Counted from the first letter of the whole stretch, positions 31,586 through 42,653 are shown. The stretch is 62,689 bases of DNA, filler included, from a bacterium (GCA_027063545.1; 11 parts of 11 records of this genome joined end to end with filler, not necessarily neighbours in it); one strand, 5' to 3'. Notes: generated by a model from the letters alone, not told the origin. Numbers and translations: made by a program.

Positions 31586-33367
31586 ATGGGTATCCAATTC
31601 TGGAGAGTCCCTAGTTTTATTTTATCTATAGAAATTATTTTTATTTTAATTTTAAGTTTTATTATATTATACTTTTTTAAAATAGATTTTTTTTTATTAA
31701 AAAATCCTTTAATATCTTCATTTACAACTCTTTTTATACTTATTGTATCTTATTATCTTAACAAAGAAAAATATTTATCCTCTTACATTTTGAAATTAAT
31801 AAACATAAGTTCTCTTTTTCTCTTTTTTACATCTATATTTTTATTTCATATAAATGAAAAAGAAATAAAAACAACCAAATTTTATATTGTAAAAAAAATT
31901 GGGAAAAATTCTTTTATTATAAAAACAAAGGATAGAAAAACATTTCTTCTAAAAACAAAGAGAAAACTTTCAAAAGAAAGTATATATCTTTCTAAATTAA
32001 AACTCAAACCTATTGATTATCCTTTATCTTTTAAATTTTATCTCTTTTCTAATAAGATTTTTTATTCTGCATATCCTATTTATGTAAAAAAAGTTGGAAA
32101 AAAGCCAGAAACTTTTCAAGAAAAAATAAGAAGTTTTATCTTAAAAAATAGTAAAAAATATCTAAATAAATATGGCTTTATGTTTTTTTCTTCCTTAATT
32201 TTGGGGAAAAGGGAATTTCTAGACAAGGATTATAAGGAAAAAATTAAGTCTTTAGGTATTATGCATCTTTTCGCAATTTCTGGTCTTCATATTGGAATTA
32301 TTACATTTTTAATTCTTTATTTTGTAGAAAAACTTCCTTTTTTCCCTAAAACTAGACTTTTTATTTTTTCTTTCCTTTTAGTATTATATGGCTTTATTGT
32401 TGGGGCTCAAAGCAGTGTTGTAAGAAGTATTATAATGTTTATTCTCCTATTTTCGAAAAAGATGTTAGGAAAAGTCCAGGATTCTTTTAATTTACTATTT
32501 ATAAGTTTTATTATTTCTCTTGTATTTTATCCTTTTTATATCTTTTCAATAGGATTTTATTTTTCATACTTAGCTACATTTGCAATTTTAATATTTATAA
32601 GCTTTGTTAAAGAAGAGAACAAAGAAGAGCAAAAACTTTTTAATAAAATATCAAATTATATATCCGATTCTTTTAGAATATCTACATTTACTATACTCTA
32701 TACATCTATAGTAAGTTTATATTTTTTTAATACATTAAATATATTAACAATTATTACTACTTTTATTTTATCTCCATTAATTTTTATAATAGTTAGTTTA
32801 AGTTTTATATTTTTAATTTTTTTATTTATTCCTTTTTCCAGTTTTTTTCTTAAAATAGTTGCCTTTTTCATAAATATATCATCTTTTTTAACATTAAAAT
32901 TATCAGAAATTTTATATAATATATTTGATTATAATCTTATTTTCCTACCTGTTTTAGATAAAACATTAGTTATATTTATCTTTTTTATTTTAATTTTTTT
33001 TACCCTTTACATAGTCTTAAAAAAATTAATTTTTTTACTATTTAATATTCTTACTTATATTATACTTTTACTATATATCGTTTTTATACTTCCGCATATA
33101 TTCTTTATTTACAAAACTCCGGATTATTTAATAATATCTAATTCTTATAAAACAATAATTCTAAAAGAACATCCTAAAGTCTTTATTCCACCATTCTTCT
33201 CGGGCACATCTACTGAGATTTTTTATATTAATAAAGAAAAAAATATTATTATAGAATCAAAATATATTCCAAAGACTAAAATATTAAATAACTTTTCAAT
33301 AATAGAGATAAAAGGGAAAAAATTTAAATTAGAAAATTTTAAAATTTTAAGATCCTTTATTTTCTAA
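31586..33367 (+). CDS. comEC: ComEC/Rec2 competence protein (no C-terminal MBL domain)
   Basis: GIMHLFAISGLHIG, SVVRSIIM, SIGFYFSYLAT. Confidence 0.88.
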   Translation: MGIQFWRVPSFILSIEIIFILILSFIILYFFKIDFFLLKNPLISSFTTLFILIVSYYLNKEKYLSSYILKLINISSLFLFFTSIFLFHINEKEIKTTKFYIVKKIGKNSFIIKTKDRKTFLLKTKRKLSKESIYLSKLKLKPIDYPLSFKFYLFSNKIFYSAYPIYVKKVGKKPETFQEKIRSFILKNSKKYLNKYGFMFFSSLILGKREFLDKDYKEKIKSLGIMHLFAISGLHIGIITFLILYFVEKLPFFPKTRLFIFSFLLVLYGFIVGAQSSVVRSIIMFILLFSKKMLGKVQDSFNLLFISFIISLVFYPFYIFSIGFYFSYLATFAILIFISFVKEENKEEQKLFNKISNYISDSFRISTFTILYTSIVSLYFFNTLNILTIITTFILSPLIFIIVSLSFIFLIFLFIPFSSFFLKIVAFFINISSFLTLKLSEILYNIFDYNLIFLPVLDKTLVIFIFFILIFFTLYIVLKKLIFLLFNILTYIILLLYIVFILPHIFFIYKTPDYLIISNSYKTIILKEHPKVFIPPFFSGTSTEIFYINKEKNIIIESKYIPKTKILNNFSIIEIKGKKFKLENFKILRSFIF

Positions 33368-33695
33368 CTTTTTATCTAAAGAAAGTTCTTTTAGCATCCC
33401 AATATCACAAAGAACCAATTATTTCTACTTTGACTTATGCTCTATATAATTTTTGTATATATCATCTAACTTTTGTTTAAAGAATATATAAATATCACTC
33501 TGCATATCTTTTTCACTTTTAAAGTCCCATATCCAAAATTATTTAAATTCTATCTCTTTAAAATGTATTCCCTTCAATCTAAAAAGATCAAAAGAAAAAA
33601 AAACACCTCTCCAATTAAAAAATCCCCTTCTCTATATGGATTTGCTTTTAAAAGAAGACTTTTGAAAGCAACATATCCCATCTATTTTATCTCTT
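33368..33695 (-). pseudogene. Possible decayed gene remnant downstream of leuA
   Basis: Purine-rich, coding-like minus-strand frame interrupted by stops (LKGIHFKEIEFK*FWIWDFKSEKDMQSDIYIFFKQKLDDIYKKLYRA*VKVEIIGSL*). No family recognised. Confidence 0.25.
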
Positions 33696-35243
33696 CTATT
33701 TTTCCCTAAAAAGAAGATTCAATCCATTAACAATAGCTTTTATATTTGCCTCTCTAGTATCTGGATCCATACCCCTTGCTATTACTGATTTTCCTGTATT
33801 TAAATTCTTTAATTTTATAGTTGTTAAAGCCTGCGCAGAAGAACCTTTTTGTTCAATATCAAAAGCCTCTTGTGCAAACTCTTCTAACTTTAAATTAAAG
33901 CCATGACTATTTAATAGATTAATAAAAGCATCTATCGGTCCATCACCAACGCATTCATCCTTTATTATCTTATCATTATATTGAAGCTTTAAAAAATAAA
34001 ATTGATTACCATCTTCTTTATGAAGTTCCTTAAATTCTAAAACTTTAAAAGGTCCATCCACATTTAATATATGCTTTTTATACTCTTCTACTATATCATT
34101 AAAATCTAATGCTCCCTTCTCCTCAGCTTTTTTCTTAAGAACTGGTTGTAAATAAGTTGCTTCCTCTATTGTTATTGGCCATTTATGAGATGATAAAATC
34201 TCATATATAGCACTTTTACCTGATTGGCTTGTAAACTCTAATATCTCACCTTTTCTTCCTATAAACTCTGGATCAATAGGTCTATAAGCACCTTTTTTCA
34301 TGTTCTTTGTCTTTATACTACCATCTTGATGAATACCACTTCTATGAGCCAAAGCATCCCTTCCTATCAAAGGAGCCTTCTCACAAATTGGCACACCTGA
34401 TAACTCCTCAACCAATAACGCTGTTTCATAAATCTTTGAAAAATTAAGATCTACAGGAACCCCACAATTATATAAACTTACTGCTACCTCATATAAATTA
34501 GTATTTCCTGCCCTCTCTCCCAATCCATTTAGTGTAACCTCAAGCTGTGTTGCCCCAGCAAAAAAACTTTCCACAGTTGTTGCTGTTGCCTGTCCCAAAT
34601 CATTATGACAATGAACAGAAATTATAGCCTTATCACCTATTCTTTCTACAACCCTTTTAACCATATTAACAAATGTAGAAACCCTGTATCTTTCAACTGT
34701 ATTTGGAAGATTTATAATTGAAGCTCCTGCTTCTATTACCTTCTCAAAAGTTTCTATTACAAAATCAAGATTCTCTAAGCTATCACCAAAATGCTCTGCT
34801 GAAAACTGAACCTCTCCTTTTTCACCTAAAAGACTCTTTGCATAAGCTACCATCTCGACAGCTATCTTTTGAACATCTTTAGGATCCTTCTTTAAAACAT
34901 ATTTCATAGCAAATGGAGATAGAGCTATAAATGTATGAATTCTAGGTTTTTTTGCATCTTTTATAGCCTCATAAGCTTTATTTATATCATATTCCTTTGC
35001 CCTTGCTAAAGTAGAAACAACAACTTTATCATTTGCTAAAGAAGCTAAATGTTTAACAGCATCAAAATCCATATCACTTGCCGCAGCAAATCCCACTTCT
35101 ATTCCCTGAACACCTAACTCTAATAACGCTTTAAAAACAATCTCTTTTTCCTTTATATTCCAAGGCTTCTTTAAAGCCTGATTCCCGTCTCTTAATGTTA
35201 CATCATAAAAGAAAGGCTTTCTAGATACACCTGTTTCATTCAT
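33696..35243 (-). CDS. leuA: 2-isopropylmalate synthase
   Basis: DVTLRDGNQ, SVHCHNDLG, NGLGERAGN, HRSGIHQDG, and regulatory-domain GDGPIDA. The GGAGG RBS favours the ATG at 35243. Confidence 0.92.
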   Translation of the reverse strand: MNETGVSRKPFFYDVTLRDGNQALKKPWNIKEKEIVFKALLELGVQGIEVGFAAASDMDFDAVKHLASLANDKVVVSTLARAKEYDINKAYEAIKDAKKPRIHTFIALSPFAMKYVLKKDPKDVQKIAVEMVAYAKSLLGEKGEVQFSAEHFGDSLENLDFVIETFEKVIEAGASIINLPNTVERYRVSTFVNMVKRVVERIGDKAIISVHCHNDLGQATATTVESFFAGATQLEVTLNGLGERAGNTNLYEVAVSLYNCGVPVDLNFSKIYETALLVEELSGVPICEKAPLIGRDALAHRSGIHQDGSIKTKNMKKGAYRPIDPEFIGRKGEILEFTSQSGKSAIYEILSSHKWPITIEEATYLQPVLKKKAEEKGALDFNDIVEEYKKHILNVDGPFKVLEFKELHKEDGNQFYFLKLQYNDKIIKDECVGDGPIDAFINLLNSHGFNLKLEEFAQEAFDIEQKGSSAQALTTIKLKNLNTGKSVIARGMDPDTREANIKAIVNGLNLLFREK

Positions 35244-35388
35244 TTTTATCCTCCAGATGATTTTCAATTTTGTAATTATTTTAATATTATAATATATATT
35301 ATTATTATATAAAGTCAAATAATTTAGAGTATTAAAAAAATAAAAAAAATTTTAATTAAAATAAAAACTTATTTATTTTAAATAAGGT

Positions 35389-36501
35389 ATGAAAAAGGTT
35401 GGATTTGTTTTTATAAATAGTGTTGAAGGAGGTCCAAGACGTTTTAGTATTGAATTATTAAAAGAATTTGCAAAAAAGAAGTTAGATTTTAATTTAATTA
35501 TTTTTACAGATACAGATAAGGATCTAGATTTTTTAAAACAAAATTTAAATATAAAGTTAAGAATTATAAAAAGATTTTCTAAATATGATCTTTTAATTTG
35601 GGAACAAATTTTAATTCCTTTTTTTGCTAAAAAAGAAAATATAGATGTCCTTCATGGAACAAAAAATTCTATACCTTTTTTAGGAAAATTTAAAAAAATA
35701 GCAACAATTCATGATTTAGCTTACTATATAATGCCTGAAACTTTCTCTTTTCTACAAAGAATTCATCTAAAACTATCTTGCTTTATTATTAAAAAAAAGG
35801 CTAATATTATAACCGCTGTATCAAATAATACAAAGAAAGATATTATTGATATTTTAAATATACCAGAAGAAAAAATTAAGGTAATTTATAATGGTATTAA
35901 TGAAAAATTTTTTAAAAGAGTAAATAAAAAACAAATAAATAAAGTTAAAGAAAAATATAATCTTCCTGATAAATTTATTCTTCATGTAGGGACACTTCAA
36001 CCAAGAAAGAATATAAAAACTATAATAGAAAGTTTTTTTATAGCAAAAAAAGAGATTTATGATTTAAAATTGGTTTTAATTGGAAGAAAAGGATGGTATT
36101 ATAAGGAAATTTTAAAATATATAAAAAAATTTAATTTAAAAAATGATATCTTATTTTTAGGATTTTTAAATGAGAGTGAACTACTTGCTATATATAATAT
36201 GGCATCTATCTTTATATATCTCTCCAATTATGATGGATTTGGTCTTGCACCTCTTGAAGCAATGGCTGCAGGTATTCCCACAATTGTTAGTAATGTTTCC
36301 AGTCTTCCAGAGGTTGTTGAAGATGCTGCTATAAAGGTCAACCCAAAAAATGCCAAAGAAGTTGCAGAAAAAATTATCTTAATTTTAAAGGATAAAGATT
36401 TATATAAACAATTAAAAAAGAAAGGACCCCAACAGGCCCTTAAATTCTCTTGGGAAAAATCTGCTTTAGAATATATCAAATTATATAAACAACACTTCTA
36501 A
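35389..36501 (+). CDS. GT4-family glycosyltransferase
   Basis: TIHDL, VGTLQPRKN, DGFGLAPLEAMAAG, SSLPEV. Confidence 0.92.
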   Translation: MKKVGFVFINSVEGGPRRFSIELLKEFAKKKLDFNLIIFTDTDKDLDFLKQNLNIKLRIIKRFSKYDLLIWEQILIPFFAKKENIDVLHGTKNSIPFLGKFKKIATIHDLAYYIMPETFSFLQRIHLKLSCFIIKKKANIITAVSNNTKKDIIDILNIPEEKIKVIYNGINEKFFKRVNKKQINKVKEKYNLPDKFILHVGTLQPRKNIKTIIESFFIAKKEIYDLKLVLIGRKGWYYKEILKYIKKFNLKNDILFLGFLNESELLAIYNMASIFIYLSNYDGFGLAPLEAMAAGIPTIVSNVSSLPEVVEDAAIKVNPKNAKEVAEKIILILKDKDLYKQLKKKGPQQALKFSWEKSALEYIKLYKQHF

Positions 36502-36507
36502 CTTATT

Positions 36508-37172
36508 CTATTTTATAAAAATAAATCTCTTTGTTATTATATTATTTTTTGTTTTTATGGTATAAAAATAAATTCCTGAAGATAAATCTTTAGCATTAAA
36601 AATATATCTGTGTAATCCTTTATTTATTTTTTTATTATCTATTAAAGTAGAAATATTTCTACCATTAATATCATAAATTGCTAAATTTACAATTTGATTT
36701 TCTGAAAGATAAAATTCTATAGTCGTTGTTGGATTAAAAGGATTTGGATATACTTTTGTATACAGAATTTCATTTTTTTGTACCTTTTGAGTAGTCTGTG
36801 TTGAATATGACAATACTTTATCACTAACATTCCAAAACTCTACTTTTCCATACTCTAAACTAACTAGCTTTCTATTATCTGGGCTTAAAACAACTCTATA
36901 AACAGCTGTGTTTGTAGGTCCATAAGTTTCTATTTCTGTTGAAAAATTATTAAAATCTAAAAAATGAATATATCCATACTGATCTCCTATAACAATAAAC
37001 TTTTCATCATTAGAAATATCAAATTCTGTTACATTTCCTAAATTTGTAGAATCAATTTTTTCTCCTGTTTCTATATCCCATTTTATTAATCTTCCATATG
37101 TATCTGAGGTAATTAAGTACCCTTCTTTTGAAAATCTCATCTCTGTAGGAATACCCGAAAGATTTGAAGAAG
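36508..37172 (-). CDS. WD40-repeat secreted protein with a T9SS/Por-like C-terminal domain, C-terminal fragment
   Basis: GRLIKWDI and GKVEFWNV WD-type repeats; YPNPFNPTT...LSSGIYFY. The frame is open to the contig end. Confidence 0.8.
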
Positions 37173-37272
37173 NNNNNNNNNNNNNNNNNNNNNNNNNNNN
37201 NNNNNNNNNNNNNNNNTTAATTAATTAANNNNNNNNNNNNNNNNNNNNNNNNNNNNNNNNNNNNNNNNNNNN
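37173..37272. other. Artificial contig linker
   Basis: N44-TTAATTAATTAA-N44. Confidence 0.98.
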
Positions 37273-37446
37273 AAATACTCCTATATACAATGAATAATCA
37301 ATCTCACTAAAAGTTAAACAAAGTTTAGAACATTTAGGATAACGGGATTTTTTTAAAAAGAATTTTATTTTTATATCCTCACTATATATCTCTCTACATA
37401 TAAAGATCTATTAAAAAGAAACGTAAACAACAATAAAAAAAACAAT

Positions 37447-37743
37447 TTATCTAGGCTTCCCCCAAATCGGGTCGTCCCCGAATCTTTCATACCACCATCT
37501 CTGTTTATCTACATCTTTTAAATCAATACTAGTAAAATCTATTTTATAATTCTCGCAATAATCCATTATAATTTTGTATGCTTCTGCAATTATTTGAGAT
37601 TTTTCATAACATTCTTCCTGTTTACATTTATCTGGGTGATATTTTGCCATTAAGTCTTTATAAATTTCTTTAATCTCTTTTATACTAGCTTTATCTTTTA
37701 TACCTAAAACTTTTATAGCTTCTCTTAATTTATCATATTCCAT
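37447..37743 (-). CDS. Small J-domain (DnaJ-like) protein
   Basis: VLGI...EIK..Y..L..KYHPDK...I.EAY; C-terminal WWYERFGDDPIW. Confidence 0.88.
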   Translation of the reverse strand: MEYDKLREAIKVLGIKDKASIKEIKEIYKDLMAKYHPDKCKQEECYEKSQIIAEAYKIIMDYCENYKIDFTSIDLKDVDKQRWWYERFGDDPIWGKPR

Positions 37744-37767
37744 TAAATAATTTCCCCTTTTAATTAA

Positions 37768-38571
37768 TTAATCTAAGATAAAATAATATCCTGTATACAG
37801 AAAAACAATCTTTATATTATCTATATTTGAGAGAAAATCAAAGCCTCTTTCCCCAGTACAATGTCCACCAAATACATATTTTACATTAAAATAACTTAAA
37901 GCTTCTTGAGTTAATAGTAAAGTATCATCATCTGCCTTATTTAAATGTAATCCCCCTATTATAGAAATGATTTCTTTATCAGGAAAATATTCTTTTACTT
38001 GAGCAAGTGTTTGAAATACTCCACTATGACAACAACCTGTTATAACATGGAGTCTATTATCTAAGTCTATAACTATAGCTGAATCATCCTCAAATAAATC
38101 AGGAGAATCATCTTTTAATATTAAATTTTTCCACTTGGGTTTGGGTCCTTTAATTTCTCCTAAAAAATAGACATGTTTTGACAATTTTTCTAAATTTTTA
38201 GTAAATATAAACCTATCTTTATACTTAATCTTTATTTCTTCATCTATACCTATATATCTTTTCTTACCTGTAGATGTAGAATATCTGTCCTTAAAAGCTA
38301 AAGGATGGGTATATACCTTCGCTATAAAATTATTTTCAAAGAATATTTTTAACCCTCCAGAATGGTCATAATGACCATGACTTAAAACCCCTATATCTAT
38401 ATTTGAAATATTTATTCCCATTTTTATTGCATTATAAAAAAAGGCATCACTTTGGCCAAAATCAAATATAATTCTTTTATCTTCATCTTCAATAAAAACA
38501 GAAAATCCATGTTCTGAAATAAGAGGATATCCTCCTTTATTGTTATCTATTAATATTACTACTCTTACCAT
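37768..38571 (-). CDS. MBL-fold metallo-hydrolase
   Basis: SEHGFS, FDFGQ, LSHGHYDHSGG, TGCCHSG, GGLHL, HCTG. Confidence 0.9.
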   Translation of the reverse strand: MVRVVILIDNNKGGYPLISEHGFSVFIEDEDKRIIFDFGQSDAFFYNAIKMGINISNIDIGVLSHGHYDHSGGLKIFFENNFIAKVYTHPLAFKDRYSTSTGKKRYIGIDEEIKIKYKDRFIFTKNLEKLSKHVYFLGEIKGPKPKWKNLILKDDSPDLFEDDSAIVIDLDNRLHVITGCCHSGVFQTLAQVKEYFPDKEIISIIGGLHLNKADDDTLLLTQEALSYFNVKYVFGGHCTGERGFDFLSNIDNIKIVFLYTGYYFILD

Positions 38572-39998
38572 AATTTATCCTTTTTTATATTATAAAACAT
38601 TTTCAAATAGGTTGTTAAAGAAACATTTATCCCTTTTATATTATTATTATAAATATTGTCTTTATTATATATGTTCCTATATGCAAATTCCAATTTTAAA
38701 TAGTATAGATACTTTATATAAAAACTATAATTATACACTTCTTCTATAGCCATATTTCCATAGACTAAAGGATATTCTTCTGGATATCCCAACCAATAAT
38801 AATAGTTCTCCATTTTATATAAAATATTATTCCACCCATTTTTTTCTACATAAAAATCAAAATAAAATCTTATTTTTTTATAATCGTAATTTAAATAAAT
38901 TCCATACAATAAACTATTATTTCTAGGAGTTCCTAAAGATAAATTATAATAAGTATATCTCTCCTCCAAATACCACACATTATACATCCAAGGCGTTATT
39001 CTCTTATATCTTACTCCTATAGATAAGTTTCTATTTAAAAAGAAATCAAAAAACATTTCTAATCCATATAAATTTGGCTCTGTATCTCCTATTGTTTTAT
39101 TATCAATCTGCCAATCATCTATTGTAAATGATATATAATAATTGAACAAATTAATGTATTTTAAAAGTAAATCAAAAGATATTATAGCATTTCCCTTATT
39201 TTCCCTATTCATCATGTTTAAAAACCAAAAACTAAAAGGATATAAATCTCTATATTCAACCATATCAGAGGTGCGAGCTACAACAAATCCCTCCTTAAAT
39301 CCTGGGACTAATAAAATTCTATCATATTTCAGTCTTAAATTAATATACTTTCCATAAACTCGTCTATAATAGTATATACTATCCTTAGAATACAAAGGAT
39401 TTAATAAGGCGGTAAAAACTTCAAAGTTAAAAAAATTATTTACATAAGATATAAAAAATCTATCGTAAGAATATGGATTATTTGAAAATAACATAGAATA
39501 TTCTAAAGGATAACCTATATTATAATCCTCTCTTTTTATTCCTATATTAAAATCATTGTACTTTAATACAAATCTAGAATCATACATTCTAGCCCTAACA
39601 GGCCTATCTTTTACCCATGGATAATATCTTTCGTAAAATCGGCTATCTATAATATAACCTAAAGATGCTGAAAATAAAGAATCTTCATACCTAAGAGTAG
39701 AAATATACTTATAATCAATAGAATCCGGATAAAATATATTAATTCCTAAGATATCTAAATATATTCTATTATAATTAGTCAAGTTATTGTAATATTGATA
39801 AAGAGTTTTTTCATAATCACTTAGTGTATTTATATCTATCTGTTTTTTATTAAAAGGTTGATATTTTAAAGAATATCCTAATGTATCTTTTTTTTCTATA
39901 GTATATAAAGAAAAAATATCGTAATAATTTAATGGGAAATATGCAAATATACTCCCAAAAAATGTTAAAATTAAAATACTAATTAAATAAAAATGCAT
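38565..39998 (-). CDS. Outer-membrane protein, capsule assembly Wzi-like
   Basis: Tyr-rich beta-barrel pattern with SMLFSNNP, IDD.Q and PWMY...SLG motifs resembling Wzi-family proteins. Confidence 0.5.
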   Translation of the reverse strand: MHFYLISILILTFFGSIFAYFPLNYYDIFSLYTIEKKDTLGYSLKYQPFNKKQIDINTLSDYEKTLYQYYNNLTNYNRIYLDILGINIFYPDSIDYKYISTLRYEDSLFSASLGYIIDSRFYERYYPWVKDRPVRARMYDSRFVLKYNDFNIGIKREDYNIGYPLEYSMLFSNNPYSYDRFFISYVNNFFNFEVFTALLNPLYSKDSIYYYRRVYGKYINLRLKYDRILLVPGFKEGFVVARTSDMVEYRDLYPFSFWFLNMMNRENKGNAIISFDLLLKYINLFNYYISFTIDDWQIDNKTIGDTEPNLYGLEMFFDFFLNRNLSIGVRYKRITPWMYNVWYLEERYTYYNLSLGTPRNNSLLYGIYLNYDYKKIRFYFDFYVEKNGWNNILYKMENYYYWLGYPEEYPLVYGNMAIEEVYNYSFYIKYLYYLKLEFAYRNIYNKDNIYNNNIKGINVSLTTYLKMFYNIKKDKLW

Positions 39999-40818
39999 AA
40001 TATGTCCCTGTTAAAGCCATAAAATAATGAATAAAAAATCCCCCAACTAAAAATGGTCCATATGGAATTTCTTTATCACCCTTATATTTCATGTATAACA
40101 AACCAAATATAATAGCCAAAAAGGAAGAGTATAATAAAATAAAAGTTATTGAAAATATTCCTCCAAAAAGTCCAAGATAACCTAATAAATAAAGATCACC
40201 CTCACCCATTGCTTCCTTTTTAAAAAATCTATTTCCTAGCAATCTAACTATCCATAAGATAAAAAAACCTAAAAAAGCTCCTAATAAAGCATCTAAAATT
40301 ATAGGAGATAGTATCCATATATAAAACTTTAACCCTATAAACAGTAATATAATTTGAATTATACTACCAACCAACAATACTTGTAATGGTATAAGCTTAT
40401 ATTTAAAATCTATATAAGAAATTATAATACCAGTATACCCTATTGTTAAGAATGATAGAAATTCCCAAAGTCCAAATTGATAATCAGGTAATTTTATATA
40501 AAGGATAAATCCCACTAAAGTATAAAATCCTGTAAATAATTCTATAAATAAATATCTTATAGGAATTTTAGCTCCACAAAATGAACATCTACCCCTTTGA
40601 AATATATAACTAAAAATTGGAATATTATTATACCATTTAAGTTTTCTCTTACATACAGGGCAGAAACTAGGAGGATATATTATTGACAATCCCTCTGGTA
40701 ACCTATAAACAACAACATTAATAAAAGACCCCCAAATAGAACCTATATAAAAAAATATAAAAGAAAAAATAATTTCGTGATCTTTTAAAAGTTGATGATA
40801 GAATTCAATATTTTCCAC
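39979..40818 (-). CDS. pilD: Prepilin peptidase (A24)
   Basis: GSFINVVVYRLP, SFCPVC, NIPIFSY..QRGRCSFC, AMGEGD, IPYGPFL. Confidence 0.93.
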   Translation of the reverse strand: MENIEFYHQLLKDHEIIFSFIFFYIGSIWGSFINVVVYRLPEGLSIIYPPSFCPVCKRKLKWYNNIPIFSYIFQRGRCSFCGAKIPIRYLFIELFTGFYTLVGFILYIKLPDYQFGLWEFLSFLTIGYTGIIISYIDFKYKLIPLQVLLVGSIIQIILLFIGLKFYIWILSPIILDALLGAFLGFFILWIVRLLGNRFFKKEAMGEGDLYLLGYLGLFGGIFSITFILLYSSFLAIIFGLLYMKYKGDKEIPYGPFLVGGFFIHYFMALTGTYYAFLFN

Positions 40819-40829
40819 TATTTTTTAAA

Positions 40830-41342
40830 TTATCTATTTTGTTTATTATATTCCTTTTCTAATTTTTTTAGTTTAGATTTTATTAAAAATTTATCTAATT
40901 GAGATATCCTATCTATAAATAAAATACCATTTAAATGGTCATATTCATGTTGAAATACTCTTGCTGCTAACTCTTTAAGATGTTGCTCTATAACTTCCCC
41001 CTCTCTACTTAAAGCCTTTATCTTTATCTCGGCAGGTCTTTCAACTTTAGCGTATATGCCAGGTAAAGATAAACAACCTTCTTCATATTTTACTTTTTCT
41101 TCACTCATCCATATTATTTCAGGATTTATATAAACAAAAGGCTCTCCCTCATTAGGGTCCATAACAAATAATCTTATATTCTCTCCAACTTGAGGTGCTG
41201 CCAAACCTATACCATCATATTTATACATAGCATCAATCATTTTATCTATAAATTCCTGAAGTTTATCATTAAAAGTTTCTATATTTTTACTTTTATTTCT
41301 TAATATAGGAGATGGATAATAAACAATTTTTAAATCTTCCAT
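40830..41342 (-). CDS. def: Peptide deformylase
   Basis: GIGLAAPQVG, EGCLS, QHEYDHLNG. Confidence 0.97.
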   Translation of the reverse strand: MEDLKIVYYPSPILRNKSKNIETFNDKLQEFIDKMIDAMYKYDGIGLAAPQVGENIRLFVMDPNEGEPFVYINPEIIWMSEEKVKYEEGCLSLPGIYAKVERPAEIKIKALSREGEVIEQHLKELAARVFQHEYDHLNGILFIDRISQLDKFLIKSKLKKLEKEYNKQNR

Positions 41343-41344
41343 AA

Positions 41345-42445
41345 CTACTTGGCACTCCCCTCTGCCTTTTTATATCCTTCTATTAACTCTTGTATTAACT
41401 CTTTTACTGATACTATTTTATCAATTCTATATGCATTAACCCCAGCAAAAGCAAAACCTCTATCTAAATTACCCCTTTGAGCATTAGCTAAAGCTGCTGC
41501 AATACAATAAGGAGCCTTTTTATAATCACACCCCTTTAAACATTGCCAACCACAAGTAAATGGCTTAGTCAAACCTTTTGCTACATCATCTAAAAACTTA
41601 TTTCTTACAACCCTTCCTGGTAATCCTACAGGAGAATCTATTATTATTATATCTTCTTTTTTTGCATTTATATAAGCCTCTTTAAATTTTTCATCAGCAT
41701 CACACTCATGCGTAGCAACAAATCTTGTAGCCATTTGAACCCCATCTGCTCCTATTTCATTGATAAACTTATAGATATCCTCGCCTGTAAATATTCCACC
41801 TGCTGCAATAACAGGTATATGCTTAGAATATTTATCTTCAAAAGGCTTAAGACTCTCTATTATCTTAGGAACAATATTTTCTAATTTATTTTCTTCTTTA
41901 TCCAACTCCTCTCTCTTAAATCCTAAATGTCCCCCAGCTAATGGACCTTCAACTACCACCGCATCAGGTATATTTTTATAGTGTTTATCCCAATATTTAA
42001 ATATAAGAGTAGAAGCCTTAGAAGAAGAAACAATAGGAACTATTTTAGTTTTAGATTCGATTAATTTATAAGCTAAATTCTTATTTGAAATTAGAGGTAA
42101 TCCTGCACCCATTATTACTAAATCAGCTCCTGCATCAATAGAAACATCAAGTAGATCATCAAAATCTGCCAATGCAACCATTATGTTTACACCTATAATC
42201 CCATCTGGAACCTGAGATTTAGCTTTTTCAATATGCTCTCTTAAAGCTCTTTTATTAGCTTCCTGAATAGTTTCTGTTGGTTTTTTATCTAACATACCAA
42301 TTTCTGCAGCAGCAATTACACCAATAGCTCCCTCTTTAGCAACAGCTGACGCTAATCCTGAAAGGGAAATACCAACCCCCATCCCTCCTTGAATTATAGG
42401 TATTTTAGCCTCTATATCTCCAATTCTCAATTTAGGTAAACTCAT
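41345..42445 (-). CDS. Nitronate monooxygenase / FabK / FabX-like flavoprotein
   Basis: PIIQGGMGVGIS, VEGPLAGGHLG, IAAGGI, GVQMATRF, Cys cluster CGWQCLKGC...YCI. Confidence 0.88.
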   Translation of the reverse strand: MSLPKLRIGDIEAKIPIIQGGMGVGISLSGLASAVAKEGAIGVIAAAEIGMLDKKPTETIQEANKRALREHIEKAKSQVPDGIIGVNIMVALADFDDLLDVSIDAGADLVIMGAGLPLISNKNLAYKLIESKTKIVPIVSSSKASTLIFKYWDKHYKNIPDAVVVEGPLAGGHLGFKREELDKEENKLENIVPKIIESLKPFEDKYSKHIPVIAAGGIFTGEDIYKFINEIGADGVQMATRFVATHECDADEKFKEAYINAKKEDIIIIDSPVGLPGRVVRNKFLDDVAKGLTKPFTCGWQCLKGCDYKKAPYCIAAALANAQRGNLDRGFAFAGVNAYRIDKIVSVKELIQELIEGYKKAEGSAK

Positions 42446-42653
42446 ACTAACTCCTGTATTTTTTGGTTTAAAATTATTAAATTAAAAATTAAATATTTCT
42501 AAATCAATTTATTTTTTAATTAAATTCTTTAATGTTTAAAAGAAAATATAAAATTTTGTATTGATATATAAATTTATTTTTTTTATTTTTATTAGACTAT
42601 ATTCAAAGCTTATTAACAATAAAATAATTTTAAAAATAAACTGGAGGCGGAAA

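Noticed and set aside
35244..35388. Leucine attenuator or T-box upstream of leuA
   Set aside because: No Leu-rich leader peptide and no GC-rich hairpins are visible.
37273..37446. Possible small gene downstream of the J-domain gene
   Set aside because: No convincing ORF. It ends in a minus-strand AGGAG at the contig edge, so it is probably the upstream region of a missing gene.
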